From the human T2T-CHM13v2.0 reference genome, Homo sapiens: 64,000 nt of DNA. The stretch lies in NCBI RefSeq assembly GCF_009914755.1, contig NC_060935.1; one strand, written 5' to 3'. The notes under the pieces are model-generated. The model was not told the DNA's origin, searched no databases, and was given only the letters and a program-made list of their open reading frames with translations. Below are positions 29,754 to 43,359 of this stretch, in pieces. Every line of letters starts with the position of its first letter. Position 1 is the first letter of the stretch. The position numbers were made by a program, and so were the translations under genes.

Positions 29754-30923
29754 ATGCTTTTCCACCTGTGCAGATCCATTCCTGCCTGTCCAGCTGTCTC
29801 CACACCTGACCCCTACTTACCTGATCAACTGTCTCCTCCACGGGTCCCATTGCGGTCCCACCACTTCCAAATTCTTCCTAGCTACCCAACTGTTTCTCCT
29901 GCCCGCCAGCCCCATATACTGCCTATCCATCCATCTGTACCCTCTACTCTTCCAAAGACCTTTGCACCAGTCCCATTACTGCCTTACCCAATTAAATATC
30001 ATCCTTGTCCTCCAACCCCGGCTACTTCCAGCATTTCTAGCAGTTTCCCTCGTCTACCAGCACCAATTCCTTCTTGCCCACCTGGCCATCCACCCCACGC
30101 ACCCCAGAGTTCTCCAATCATTCCTGACCCTGAGTCACAGCACAAGTTATTTTACAAAACTTTCAGACCCAAACATTTCCTTCCAGCACAGCATTCTACC
30201 GCAGCCACTCTAATGCCTACCCTTGTTCGTCGTTCCCTTCCAGCTCCACTGGTTGTTTCCCCAACCCCTTTGGAACCTCTCCCTGTTTTGAAGCCTTCCT
30301 GTTTATCCAGTCACCCCCCTTATCCACCAGTCCCCACTCTTTCTTATGTCACTCCGTTGCCTGCACATCCTGCTAGCTTGGATCCTTTTCAGTCAGTCCA
30401 GCAATCTGTTCCACAAGCCACAGCATTGTCAAATCAGCCCGAGGCCTTTGCAGATCATCCACCAGCCTCAGTTCTCTCCCTTGCATCTCCCTGTCATTCT
30501 CCATCTTCTTCTTTGCCTTCATCTCCTTCTACTTCCACATCCTTTTCTTCAGCCTGTATACTGTTTTCTTCCTCCTCATCTATTCTTTCCTCTTCTTCGA
30601 CTTCCTGTTCTACTTCTCCATCCTTACCTCCTTCATCTATCCCTCTTTTTTCCTCTCCTTTGCATTCATCTTCCTCTCCAGGTTTGCCTCCAACTTATTT
30701 AGCTTTTCCCTCTCCAGTTTCTCCTGTTTCTTCTTCCTTTATGATTTCCTCTTCCTTTCCCCCTATTCTTCACTCTCCTTCTGTTTCTACCTCCCCATCT
30801 CCTTTTATTCCTATCCACCCCTTCAATCCTCCTCATTGGGGGAAGAAAGTAGAGAAGAGAAGAGAAGAAAGTGGAGTAGAGAAGAAAGGAATAGAGAAGA
30901 AAGTTGAGACACGACAACTTTAA
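29754..30923 (+). other. Intronic 389-codon Pro/Ser-rich ORF; candidate unannotated alternative CEP126 exon (29774-30925) or decaying exon
   Basis: No stop from 29691 to 30920 in this frame; phase-2 acceptor at 29773|29774, phase-2 donor AG|gtaaat at 30925|30926, AATAAA at 30929-30934. The ORF is directly visible; expression is unproven. Confidence 0.5.
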
Positions 30924-32149
30924 AGGTAAATAAATTGAGTTTATTAGATATTTTGTAGATATAGCAATATTTTGTTTGGGAAGGGCGACTGAAGGGGAAG
31001 GATTATCTAAGAGTAGGAAAGTGTAAAAGGAAGAGACAGAAACATACTCTCAATGTTCAGGAACTTGTATTAAATACCTTCTTGCTCTCCCTGATTAAAT
31101 GTGTGATCACAAAGGGATAGTTAATCTAGTAATCATTGACCTTGACTACTCCAGTCTGTCCAAATAAAGATATATATATGGATATTGGAGATAGGGAATA
31201 GGTATATATCACATGTGGCCACTATCACCTTCCAAAACATTTTTATTCTCATTAAAGTGGGAATAATTTAATTGAATTAGGAATAAATGCTCTTGGGATT
31301 CACACTGCCAGCCCCAGTGCAGCAGCATTCAGCTATATGGTAGTCTCATCCCCATCCTATCCTCCCCCAAAACTCTTCTTTAGTTCTTTGCTTTCACTTT
31401 GTATATGTGCTGAAATCTAACATGCTATAGATTTGCAGAAGATACAAAATTCTAATAGAAAATGATGTCATGCACTGAAAATGTTTGGATGGCCCTTTAG
31501 CATAGTAAAGGTAGACTCTATATTAAGGGTACGCTTCTGTGGCATAAAAACCATGCTTATATTCCTGTTTATATTCCTGAAATAACTGAAAATAAGTGAG
31601 TACTTGGCCTCCATTGAGGACGATCCAAGTTCCCAATGCTAGTTAAATAGGGAGGAAATTCCTGCTGACCCTGACAAGCAATTTTTATATTTTCTATCTG
31701 CTTGAATCTTCAACCAACACTATTAGGGTTACAGTTTTTTCCTAACCTACTAGCCATGACATCAACTCAGAAAGAAGGGTAATGCAGTATATTATTATCC
31801 ATATAGGAATGCTCTTAAAGACCTGAGGACTGACTCTACACAGGAATTACTTCTACCCTTATCCCAGATTATAGAGGGATAGGTTATAATAATCAAAGCC
31901 ATGAATTACTGGGCATTCCTATATGAAGGTGGAGTTCTTTACTGGTACTTTAGTCTCACAACTACTTTTATTCTACTATTGATTGCCTTAAATTCTCATT
32001 CTAACATGTCTATATATTTCTCCAATATCCTTATATGTGGTTATCTGGACAAACACACACGTATTACACCTAATGTGTCATGTATATACATATAGAAAGA
32101 AGTTAACTTTATTTAAATGTACTAAGCACTTTTTATGTCTGGTTCACAG

Positions 32150-32348
32150 AGCTATAGATTCTGCCTTGCCTTCCGCATTATCAAAAAATGATCACAAGCA
32201 TCAGAAACAACTCTTATCCAAAATCAATTGTGAGAAAGAAATGAATGAAAACATGAGGGCAACCTTGGCTACTAGCAAAAATGTGTTCCAGCTTAAACTG
32301 GAGGAAACTCAGAAACTCCTCGAAGATCAACATCTAAGCAATTTGCAA
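32150..32348 (+). CDS. CEP126: CEP126 coding exon (probable exon 5), RAIDSALPSALSKNDHKHQ...LLEDQHLSNLQ
   Basis: Acceptor ggttcacag|A, donor CAA|gtatga; 199 nt, phase 2 to phase 0; lies within ORF 32037-32354. Confidence 0.93.
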
Positions 32349-33103
32349 GTATGAAACTATAAAAATGTTGTTAATATTTTAATTCCTTGCACTAATTTTG
32401 CTCCACTTTTGCAGTGTTCTCCACTAAAGAAATATCTTACTAGCTGAGAGCAGGCCATGAAAGACAGTGTGGATGAATCAGCACAAATTCATCATAGAAA
32501 CTATAGAAATAATTTTTTAGTTTTTTCCTTACCTTTGAAAGTACAATGTAATGTATTATTGTTAGAGATTGTATTATAAAAAGCAACCAGAAAATTATAA
32601 TACATGTAGATATTAGTTTCTTAATGGAAATATGGCAGAATTTGCTAGAAATGATGTTTGTAATCTATCCCTAGTAGGGCATATACTTTATTTTTTCCAC
32701 AACTGAATACAGATATCAGCTGATTTTCCTACATGTCCATCCATGTACTTTATTTTTCATTAATAATTATGCACATTTATGAGATTTTTAATAAACCAAT
32801 ATAAGATTAAATTCATAACATTGGCCTGATTCATCCAACAATTAATCAACAGTGGCAAGGCAAAGAAAGCAAAACAGAAGATTCCTGGCAGCTATCGTGA
32901 TGTGCCTTCCTACCATAAACAACTATAATTATGAACAAAATAAATAAAACAACTGCTTGTAGACATGGGTCAGAGGCAGTGCAGGATGTGATCTTGAAAA
33001 GGGGAAAGAAATGATGTAAGCCTTATAACCTAGGCTTTCTACGTAGTTATGTTGCCTGAATAAGCCTTAAAAAGATCCACTAGTAACCCAAGCTACCTAT
33101 TAA

Positions 33104-33434
<331 letters not shown>

Positions 33435-35721
33435 AACACTTTCTTAAAGAAGACTATGAAATCTAAATACTCAATAACATAATGCTCACAATGTCAGCAT
33501 TCAATCAAAACTTACTAGACATGTGAAGAATCAGGAATATATGACGCATAACCAGGAGAAGAGTAGTCAATATAATCAGACAGAAATAACAGAGATGATG
33601 GAATTAACCAACAAGGAATTTTAACGTATTTTTACAAATATTTTCAAGGAATTAAAGTAAAAATGTACATAAGAAAGACAATTGAAAAAAGAAATAAACA
33701 GACCTTCTAGTTCTGAAAAACATACTATCAGAAATGAAAAATTGACTGGATGGACTTAACATTGCAGTCATTGCAGAACAAAAGATTAGTGGACTTGAAA
33801 ACATAGCAATAGAAATTATCCAAGCTGAAGCTTTGGGAGAAAAAGGCTGGAAAAAAATGAACAGTTTGTTAGTGACCTGTGAGACCATATAAAGCCATCA
33901 ACACATTTAATTAAAAATAAAATTTAAATAAAATTTCACAAAGTAGGAATGGAAATGTTTAAAGAAACCATCGCTGGAAATGTTTCAAATTTGATGAAAA
34001 TTATAAATCCACAGACTCAAGAAGCCCAACAAACTCCAAGAAGGATAAGTGTATGCACACACACATACCACAGAAAGGCACCTAAAAATCAGATTAAAGC
34101 CAGAGGGAAAAAAGATATGTTACATGCAGGGCAATAAAGATAAGACGGACCGCTAATGTAACTTATAAGCAAAACTTGAAATTGATCATAATGTTTCATT
34201 ATTTAGTGGTGGGAAAAAATCTGAAGAAAAAAAAAGTATTGTTTATGAAATCAGAAGTTGCCAAACTTCTTCTGAGGTGATTTGGGAGATGAAGCAATTA
34301 CAGACCTATGCAAATGGAAATCTTAGAGCCATGGATGTCATACTTATATCTAGAAGGATCTTCTAACGCAAATTTCTGTGTCTCACTAGATGTAACCTCA
34401 AAGGATGCCTTCCAGGCCTGATTTCATCATCATTATCAGTTAAAACAACTTATTTCCAAGAACAGGCATTGAAGTAGCTATGCTTTGTTTTGTTCCCTGT
34501 TTGGGTTGAGTGATTATCACTTTAAGAAGTATGCCAAAGGATGTGATAAATAGGGACTAAATGCTAAAAATATAAAACTCTCATGAATAATTTTTAAAAC
34601 TTATTCCACAATACTAAATCAATAAGAACTAACTATATAAATTAAAATATTTTTATTCTGTAATTTATTTACTTTATTTCTTAGTTTACTTACTGGGATA
34701 GAAAAAGAAAGTACTTTTGTCTAATACCATAGTATGTAAATTTTTAAAATTTACATATTTTAGATAAATCTAAAATGTATGATAAATCTTAAGGGATATC
34801 AATTTTCTTTCCATTCAGCATTTTGACTAGATATACAATTTAATGTCTTCTTAAAATTTATTTCTATATATGTGATGTAGATTAATGCATGCTAGGTATG
34901 TGTGAGAAAACAGAAATATTTTTAAACATTTACCATACATTGAAGTAATTTTGAAATATTATTAAAGACTGACAAATTTCATGTAAATTTCAGTGAAATA
35001 GTGATGTAAATGTCTATGGAATTTATGGAAATTACTACTATGCTAAACCTCCAAAAGGAGTCATTAAAGTCAATAGTTTTTGAGCCTAAACCCATATGAA
35101 AATTACCTGGGGAATTTAAATAATACCAGTATATGGACCCCATCCAAGTATTAAATCAGCAGGACCCAGGTATAGATATTTTACACAGTTCTTTATGTGA
35201 TTTTAACATGTAGCCAGAGTTAACAGCCTTACTACAGTCCACAAAATTAAGTTTTATAAAAAGATGTAGCCCCTACTAACAGGAAACTCACATTAGGATC
35301 ACAGAGCTTTTAGGAGCCTCATTCAAGTCCAGTGAATGTTTTAGGAAAAAAATACAATTTATAAATAATTATTTTTCAGAATCTCACTTTCTATTACTAA
35401 GCCTTCAAGAAACTTCATACTCTAAATGGAATAGCAATAACAAAAATTTTTTTTAAGTTCTAACTGTGGCTAGAATAAGCAGGTATTACTTTAGGAGTTG
35501 AAATCAAAGCAAGCATACTATACTATAAGTCTTTGTTACCTCCCAATTTTTTACCTTGAGGATTGCTGCAGGGATAAGAATTATTTATATACCTATGATG
35601 TTTATAGTCATACTACTCTATATGCAAGGAGAATTGGGCTCAGTAACAATGGTATGTTGAATCGTTAATCTTGGCATTTAAAAGTTTATAAGCTATAAAA
35701 CAATGTTCTTTTTTTTTCCAG

Positions 35722-37861
35722 AAATTTTGTGATGAAGTTAATCAGATAACCAATTCTGAAACCCTCTCAAGTATAGACAGTCTTGAGGCTACAGAGCATG
35801 AAGAAATATATTTAACACTTAATAAGGAGCATTCCACATCCATCCAGCGGAATACCATTTCCCTCAAACCAGCAAATATGCAATCAACTAATCTCAGCTG
35901 CTTTGATGAAGATAAACTGGCATTCTCTAAAACTCAACATATAAATAATTGGCTTACAAATTTAGATGCTTCAAATACTCAGAATGTCACAGCTTTCTCA
36001 GATATTTTAAGTAAATCTAATGTTCTGCCTTCATGGGAATATTTTAATAGTAAAGAACAAAATCCATCTCCTTTGAATGGAACAGTGGAAAGAGCCACAA
36101 ATACTGCTAATAATTCAGTACCCTTTGTATCTAGCCCACCCATGTTTGTACTAGATAAAAAATGTGAAAAGACCTCTGAAACTAGCACTATGAGGACAAC
36201 TGACTCCACTTCTGGAGCATTCAAAAGAGAGAGACCATTAGTTACTGAGAGCCCAACATTTAAATTTAGCAAATCCCAAAGCACTTCAGATTCTCTAACC
36301 CAGGAAGTGGCTACATTTCCAGACCAAGAGAAATATTCTGAATTAAATCAAGAAAATGGAACTACTTCAATTCCTACTTCATGTGTACCAGTGGCAACGC
36401 CTTTAGTTTTGCCATCTAATATACAGTCAGCTAGACCTTCAGCAAAGAACAGTATACACATAAAAGAAATTGATGCAGTGCAGTGTTCTGATAAGTTAGA
36501 TGAATTGAAAGATGGTAAAGAAGAAGAGATAAAATATTTTAATTGCAATAAGGAAGAGTTGCCTTTATTTTCAGACAGTTTTCAAGATGCCTATATACCT
36601 CACAATCCTGATTCAAAAGATGAAAAACAAAAATTAGCTGAAACATCATCCTTGTCTAATGTAACTTCTAATTATGACTTTGTTGGCCAGCATAAGAAAA
36701 TGAAATACAACATCCATGAGAGAAATGGTGTGAGATTTCTTAAAAGTATTTTAAAGAAAGAATCTAAATATGAACATGGTTATCTTAAGGCATTAATTAT
36801 AAATCAGAGCTTTAAGTTTGGAAATCAAAAAGCAGCAGCTATCAGAGATAGTATTGAATTAACAAAGGAAAAAGGTGCAGAAATTCCAAAGACTATTAAA
36901 AAACTGAGGTGGTTTGATGAAACTAGCAATATAGAAAACAATGCTGAAAACAGTCATTCACTGAAGAATAAAACAGGAACAACTCAACAGCATTCTCAAC
37001 AATTCCACATTCAAAGTGGTGCTGGAAGCAACATAATTAGTGTTTCTACTTGTGCTGTAAATTCTGCTGATACAAAGAAGTCCAGGGAGGATTCTATCTC
37101 TGAAAATGTTACGACTTTAGGAGGATCTGGAGCAGACCATATGCCTTTGAACTGTTTTATACCTTCAGGTTATAACTTTGCTAAACATGCCTGGCCAGCC
37201 TCAAAAAAAGAAGAAAGTAAAATCCCTGTACATGATGATTCTAAAACTAAGCAAGGTAAGCCACAAAGAGGTAGAGCAAAAATAATTAGAAAACCAGGAT
37301 CTGCAAAAGTCCAATCAGGCTTTATATGTACAAACAGAAAAGGCGCTGTCATTCAACCACAGTCTGCAAGCAAAGTCAACATATTTACACAAGCTCAGGG
37401 AAAATTAATTATACCTTGTCCTCCTCCTCAATCTACATCAAATATTAGAAGTGGTAAAAATATACAAGTGTCTCAGTGTCAACCAGTAACTCCTGAAAAT
37501 CCTCAAAACATTATTACACATAACTCTTTTAATTCAAAACATGTGCTTCCAACAGAACACAGTTTGAATCAGTGGAATCAGGAAAGTAGTTCTCCACTCT
37601 CAAATGCTTGTTCTGACCTAGTCACTGTGATACCATCACTGCCATCATATTGTTCTTCAGAGTGCCAAACTTTCGCAAAAATAAATCATTCAAATGGCAC
37701 TCAAGCAGTTGCCCGGCAAGATGCGACATTATATTGCACCCAAAGAAGTCCTGTTTGTGAAGAAAGTTATCCGTCTGTGACTCTAAGAACTGCTGAAGAA
37801 GAATCAGTTCCCTTATGGAAAAGAGGTCCTAATGTCCTGCATCAAAATAAGAGGGCTACAG
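35722..37861 (+). CDS. CEP126: CEP126 giant internal coding exon (probable exon 6), 2140 nt, largely disordered Ser/Thr/Asn/Lys-rich region
   Basis: Acceptor ttttttttccag|AAA TTT TGT, donor ACAG|gtaaga; open for 713 codons (contains the 671-aa ORF); phase 0 to phase 1. Confidence 0.96.
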
Positions 37862-37985
37862 GTAAGAATAAATTTATAGCTTTTTATAGATAAAATGTAC
37901 ACCTTTGTTAAAGTCATGTGAAATTGTTCCTATTTATGTATGGCCATACATACTACATAAATATTAATATTAAACAATAGCTTTA

Positions 37986-38640
<655 letters not shown>

Positions 38641-41004
38641 TTGTGACGTTAGTAGCTGAATCCTTTTAAGAGAATGACCCAACCAGTGCTCAACTGAAAT
38701 TAGAAACTTTTGCCAGCCTCCATTTTTTTCCATGACTTTTCCTGTTAGTTTAAGAGGAAGGACAAGGAATAGGATCTGATTCTTGTCCCATATTATTCTG
38801 TCATTACTATTGTAGTCAAATTTTCCAACAAAGTAAGCACAGTGAAAAATATTGTTTAAATTATTATAAACAAGTGAATACATGTAGTTATATTTATTTT
38901 TCTTTAAAACTTTTGTTAAATTGAGTTGCTATAAACTAATATTAATTAGATATACCTAATTCTCCCATTCTCTTTCCCAAAGTGTGGTAGCTCTGCTTTT
39001 ATCTGCTATGACTATTGGTTTTTGTGAGAGCAAAAAAATGATATCATTGTCTTGAAATATTTTTGAAAATTAATTCTCTATAGAATGCCATTGCCCTTAC
39101 TAGCTGGTCGACTCTCATAAAACTTCTTTCCTTCTATGAAGGAATAAACTAGAAAGCAATATATTTTCCTGCCAATAGGAAACAGTTGCCTATTGAGAAA
39201 TAGTTAGGACTGGAGTCTGGAGGCAATCAGAAAAACAACTCTTGTTTTTCCAAAGGTATGAATAAATATTGATATATAATGAGAGTTTAAAATTTAATAT
39301 TCAAAGTCATCTTCAATTAAACCATGAGTTTTTAAGGCCAAGGGACATTTGTGTAATTCATCACAGTATCCCCAGATCCTAACAGTGCCTGGCACTTAGT
39401 AATCACCCAGACTCTACTTGAATTGAATGGATAGAAGCCACATTAGCAGAAGGGAAGCTAAATGCAGACACTATAATCTAAAAATCTTCATTACTTGTCT
39501 ACAAAAATCTAGATTTTAAAAAATTGTTTCTCTCACTAAAATTATGATTTTTTTATCCAGTCATTTCAGAATGTAACTTTAGCTTTCACAACACTTCAAA
39601 AAAATGAAGGTATCGTACAGATTAAATATTCTAAAATAAATAATGATAGTTACCCTTTTTGAGTTTGTAGCTTGTACCAGTCACAGTACTGTTTTATACT
39701 TACTGTCTCATTTAAACCTTGTAATAATGCTGAGAAATAAATATTTTTAAGACACTGTTTTGCAAAGAAGTAAGCAGAATTATCCAAGGTCAAGAGCTAG
39801 TAAATAGCAGAATTGGTATTTTGATCCAGATCTCTATGGTTCCAAGTCCTGTGCTTTTTCTACTAAAATCATATAGTAAATATAGTGATAAAGCAAATAT
39901 CATATATCACACTCTGCTAATTAGGAAAAATATTAGGAAACTTATAGTTTCCCAATAGCTTATGTACAAAAGGGTAACATATTAAAATTATCTGATTCTC
40001 TGATAAAGGAATGGGATACATTTTATCTGGAGAAACCAATATTTTCCTGACATTTAGTCAAAGGAGGTAGTTCTCTCTGGGACATTCGTATAAGGGACAT
40101 TGGAAAATGTAATGAATTTTAACATTCTTAAATGTTCTTAAATATTCACACTGTTGTAAATATCTATACCTATTAATACAGCGATTATACTTAGAAAATA
40201 TAACAGTACTAACAATACTGAATATTTTGTATGTTCAGTCATTTAAGCTTTTTTTTCCAAAACTGTTTAAATATAAAATGCTTCAAGTGAACTCTTTGTT
40301 AATACTGGATTACAGTTCAGTGAGCATTTGTGGGATTTTTTTTCCTACTCTCTTATTTGCAGTTCATTTTATTTTTATACCCTTATGCATCCAGAGTTGA
40401 CGATTGTGGAGAGCATCTTGTTCTCAATTAGCATTTCCAGAACACTCTAGCATAACTCTCTAGGAAAAACTCTTCCAATTAGATCCAAGCCATTCGACTA
40501 TACCACCTCCTGATGTCTCCAGTTATTTCCCCCCTAAAAGATGACTTTGATATTTGGTTCACAGTCTTCATTTCCATACAGAGTCTTTGCCATCATATTG
40601 GATAGTTCAGCTTTTATATGGATGAACAAACATCCTGATCCCTCTCACTCCTTTTTCATCTCTAATAACTTTCTATACAATTCTGCCTCAAATACCCTTT
40701 CCCTTTGTTATATTCTGGACCTCATCAACATTCATAACTCCTCTACTTCTTTTCTTTATTTCAGCTTTTATTTTAGATATAGAGGGTACATGTGGATGTT
40801 TGTTACATGGGGATATTGCATGATGCTAAGGTTTGGGGTATGGATCCTATTACCCAGGTAGTAAGCAAACTCACTCACTCCTCTACTTAAGCACATTCTC
40901 CTCTCTTTTCCCTACTCTTACTCCTACCATTCTTCTACCCTACTGGGCTTCTTTAGTCCAGTATTTTCTCTACTTTCTCATTCCAATTCATCATCTCTTT
41001 CTTT

Positions 41005-41295
41005 CTTTTTTTTTTTTTTTTTTTTTGAGATGGGGTCTCACTTTGTTGACCAGGCTAGGGCGCAGTGGCGTGATCATGGCTCAGTGCAGCCTGGGACTCC
41101 TGGACTCAAGCAATGCTCCCATCTCAACCTTTCAGGCACTACAGGCACACACCACCATGCCCAACTAATTTTTTTATATAGAGACAGGGTCTCCCTGTGT
41201 TACCCAGGCTGGTCTTGAACTCCTGGGCTCAAGCCATCTTCCCACTCAGTCTCCCAAAGTGCTAGGATTATAGGCATGAGCCACCGTGCCTGGCC
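41005..41295 (-). mobile_element. Antisense AluJ
   Basis: Poly-T followed by reverse AluJ sequence. Confidence 0.9.
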
Positions 41296-42982
41296 AGGTT
41301 CATCATTTCAATAGTTCTTTTACCAATATCCTAAACTCTTTGCCTCTTGGTCTTTTTTGTCACAAGAATCAAACAGCCCTTCCCCGCCCAGGGGGAAAAA
41401 ATTATTTGCTTTTTCTCTGCCTTCTTCTAAGTAGCAGAGAAAATTCATACCAATGTGCCAGGCATATTGGCTATACTGTAGATTTATGAAACATTTTCTG
41501 ATGATCAACATTACTGAGTATTCCTACTGTTTATCTCGTAAATTCACTGTCTTTCCTTAGAAATAATTATTTCAAACATCCTCCCCAAATATCTGATTTC
41601 CCTACTTCCCTTTCCTCATCAGATACTTTCACTGCTCATTTTTCTCAAACCTACATCAATGGGAATAAATATCCAAAATGGGAGGAAAAGTTGTAGTTAG
41701 AATACATTAATAAACTTATATAAAAATTTAAAATATGTAAAACAATATTATGGCTAATGGATACATCTGTGGGTAACAAAAGTATAGCAGAAATGGTAAT
41801 GACAAACATCAAACTCGGAATAGTGACTACCTCTGGGGAGAGAAGAAGGTGAATAGGCTCTAGGAGGGCTACATACAGGGCTGCCACAAATAGTTGCACA
41901 ACTCCAGATAGCACCATTTATTTTATATAGTATGCAGCAACTTTGACACACAGAGATTTTCAATTATATTTGTACAATATATGTTCTTTACTATGCTAAA
42001 AATATTTTTAAATAAAACAATTTAATACACAACAAGGAGGATGCAGTGTCAATGAGTATAAGCCATTCTTTTCAAGTAGTTTAGCCATGAAGGGTAAGAG
42101 CTATGACATTAACTTGAATAGACAGAACTATGAGACTTTTTTAGCGGGAGATTAGACTTAGAGCAATGATCTAGTAGGAAGAAAAAGTTTAAAATATGAA
42201 TGAAATAGAAGAAACCATTTATGGATTTAGTTTTTAAAAGTAACTCCTCTTTTGATATTCTTGATCCAAAATTCTGTTGCCATGAGATCCTGCTCCACCA
42301 TTTATCTCAACTCTATATATCTTCATGCTTGTTTCCTTTGAGATAAAACTTAAATATATAAGTTAAGTGAAATAAGAGATGCTTGGAGGTGGATGAAGGA
42401 AAAAATGAAGGCATTCAGATGGCCCCTATTTTGTCAATAAAATATTAGGAGATTAGATAGAATAAATGAGCAGGATTGGAAGAGTGAGCTTTGTGAAGAG
42501 AGGGAGAGATTGGGAGAAAATTGTTGACCAATGATAAATAAAAGGATTGCTCAAAGTTATAAAGCCTGAATGAAATAATATGCCTGGAAACACTTAAACT
42601 ATATGAGCCCATATCTAGAGGAGCAAATCAGTTCCTCATAGTATAAGTTATGGGCTTTCTCATCTAAAAAGGAACAAAGATTGTTAAGGAATAAGCCCAC
42701 CAGGGGCTTAGATAAAGGTAAAAACAAACCTTAAGGGAAAAGATGTCAATTGAGAGAAATTTTGTAGGAAAATGACACTAACAGAGAAAGAACTTAGTGT
42801 TGTCTGTTACTAATGAATATCAATATATTTTACCCTAGAAATAGGATATGATTCCTAAATATGTAATTGGGTGTGAATGGGAAATTGAAAATAAATTTGA
42901 ATAATTGATAGGTTTAGTGGACATGTTTTAGGATTTTAGAAGGGGATACCTGGAAAATTTAACACAGATTTTTTAATGTTAA

Positions 42983-43300
<318 letters not shown>

Positions 43301-43359
43301 AACAATGATACTTTTTAAATAACATTTAGAAATGTAAATTCATGGGAATAAGTATAATA

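Noticed and set aside
30480-30830. Glu-rich minus-strand reading suggesting a processed pseudogene
   Set aside because: Multiple stops in all minus frames, no poly(A) tail or TSD and no recognisable parent; the + frame is the intact one.
35979-37352. Minus-strand ORFs overlapping the giant exon
   Set aside because: Antisense shadows of the CEP126 coding frame.
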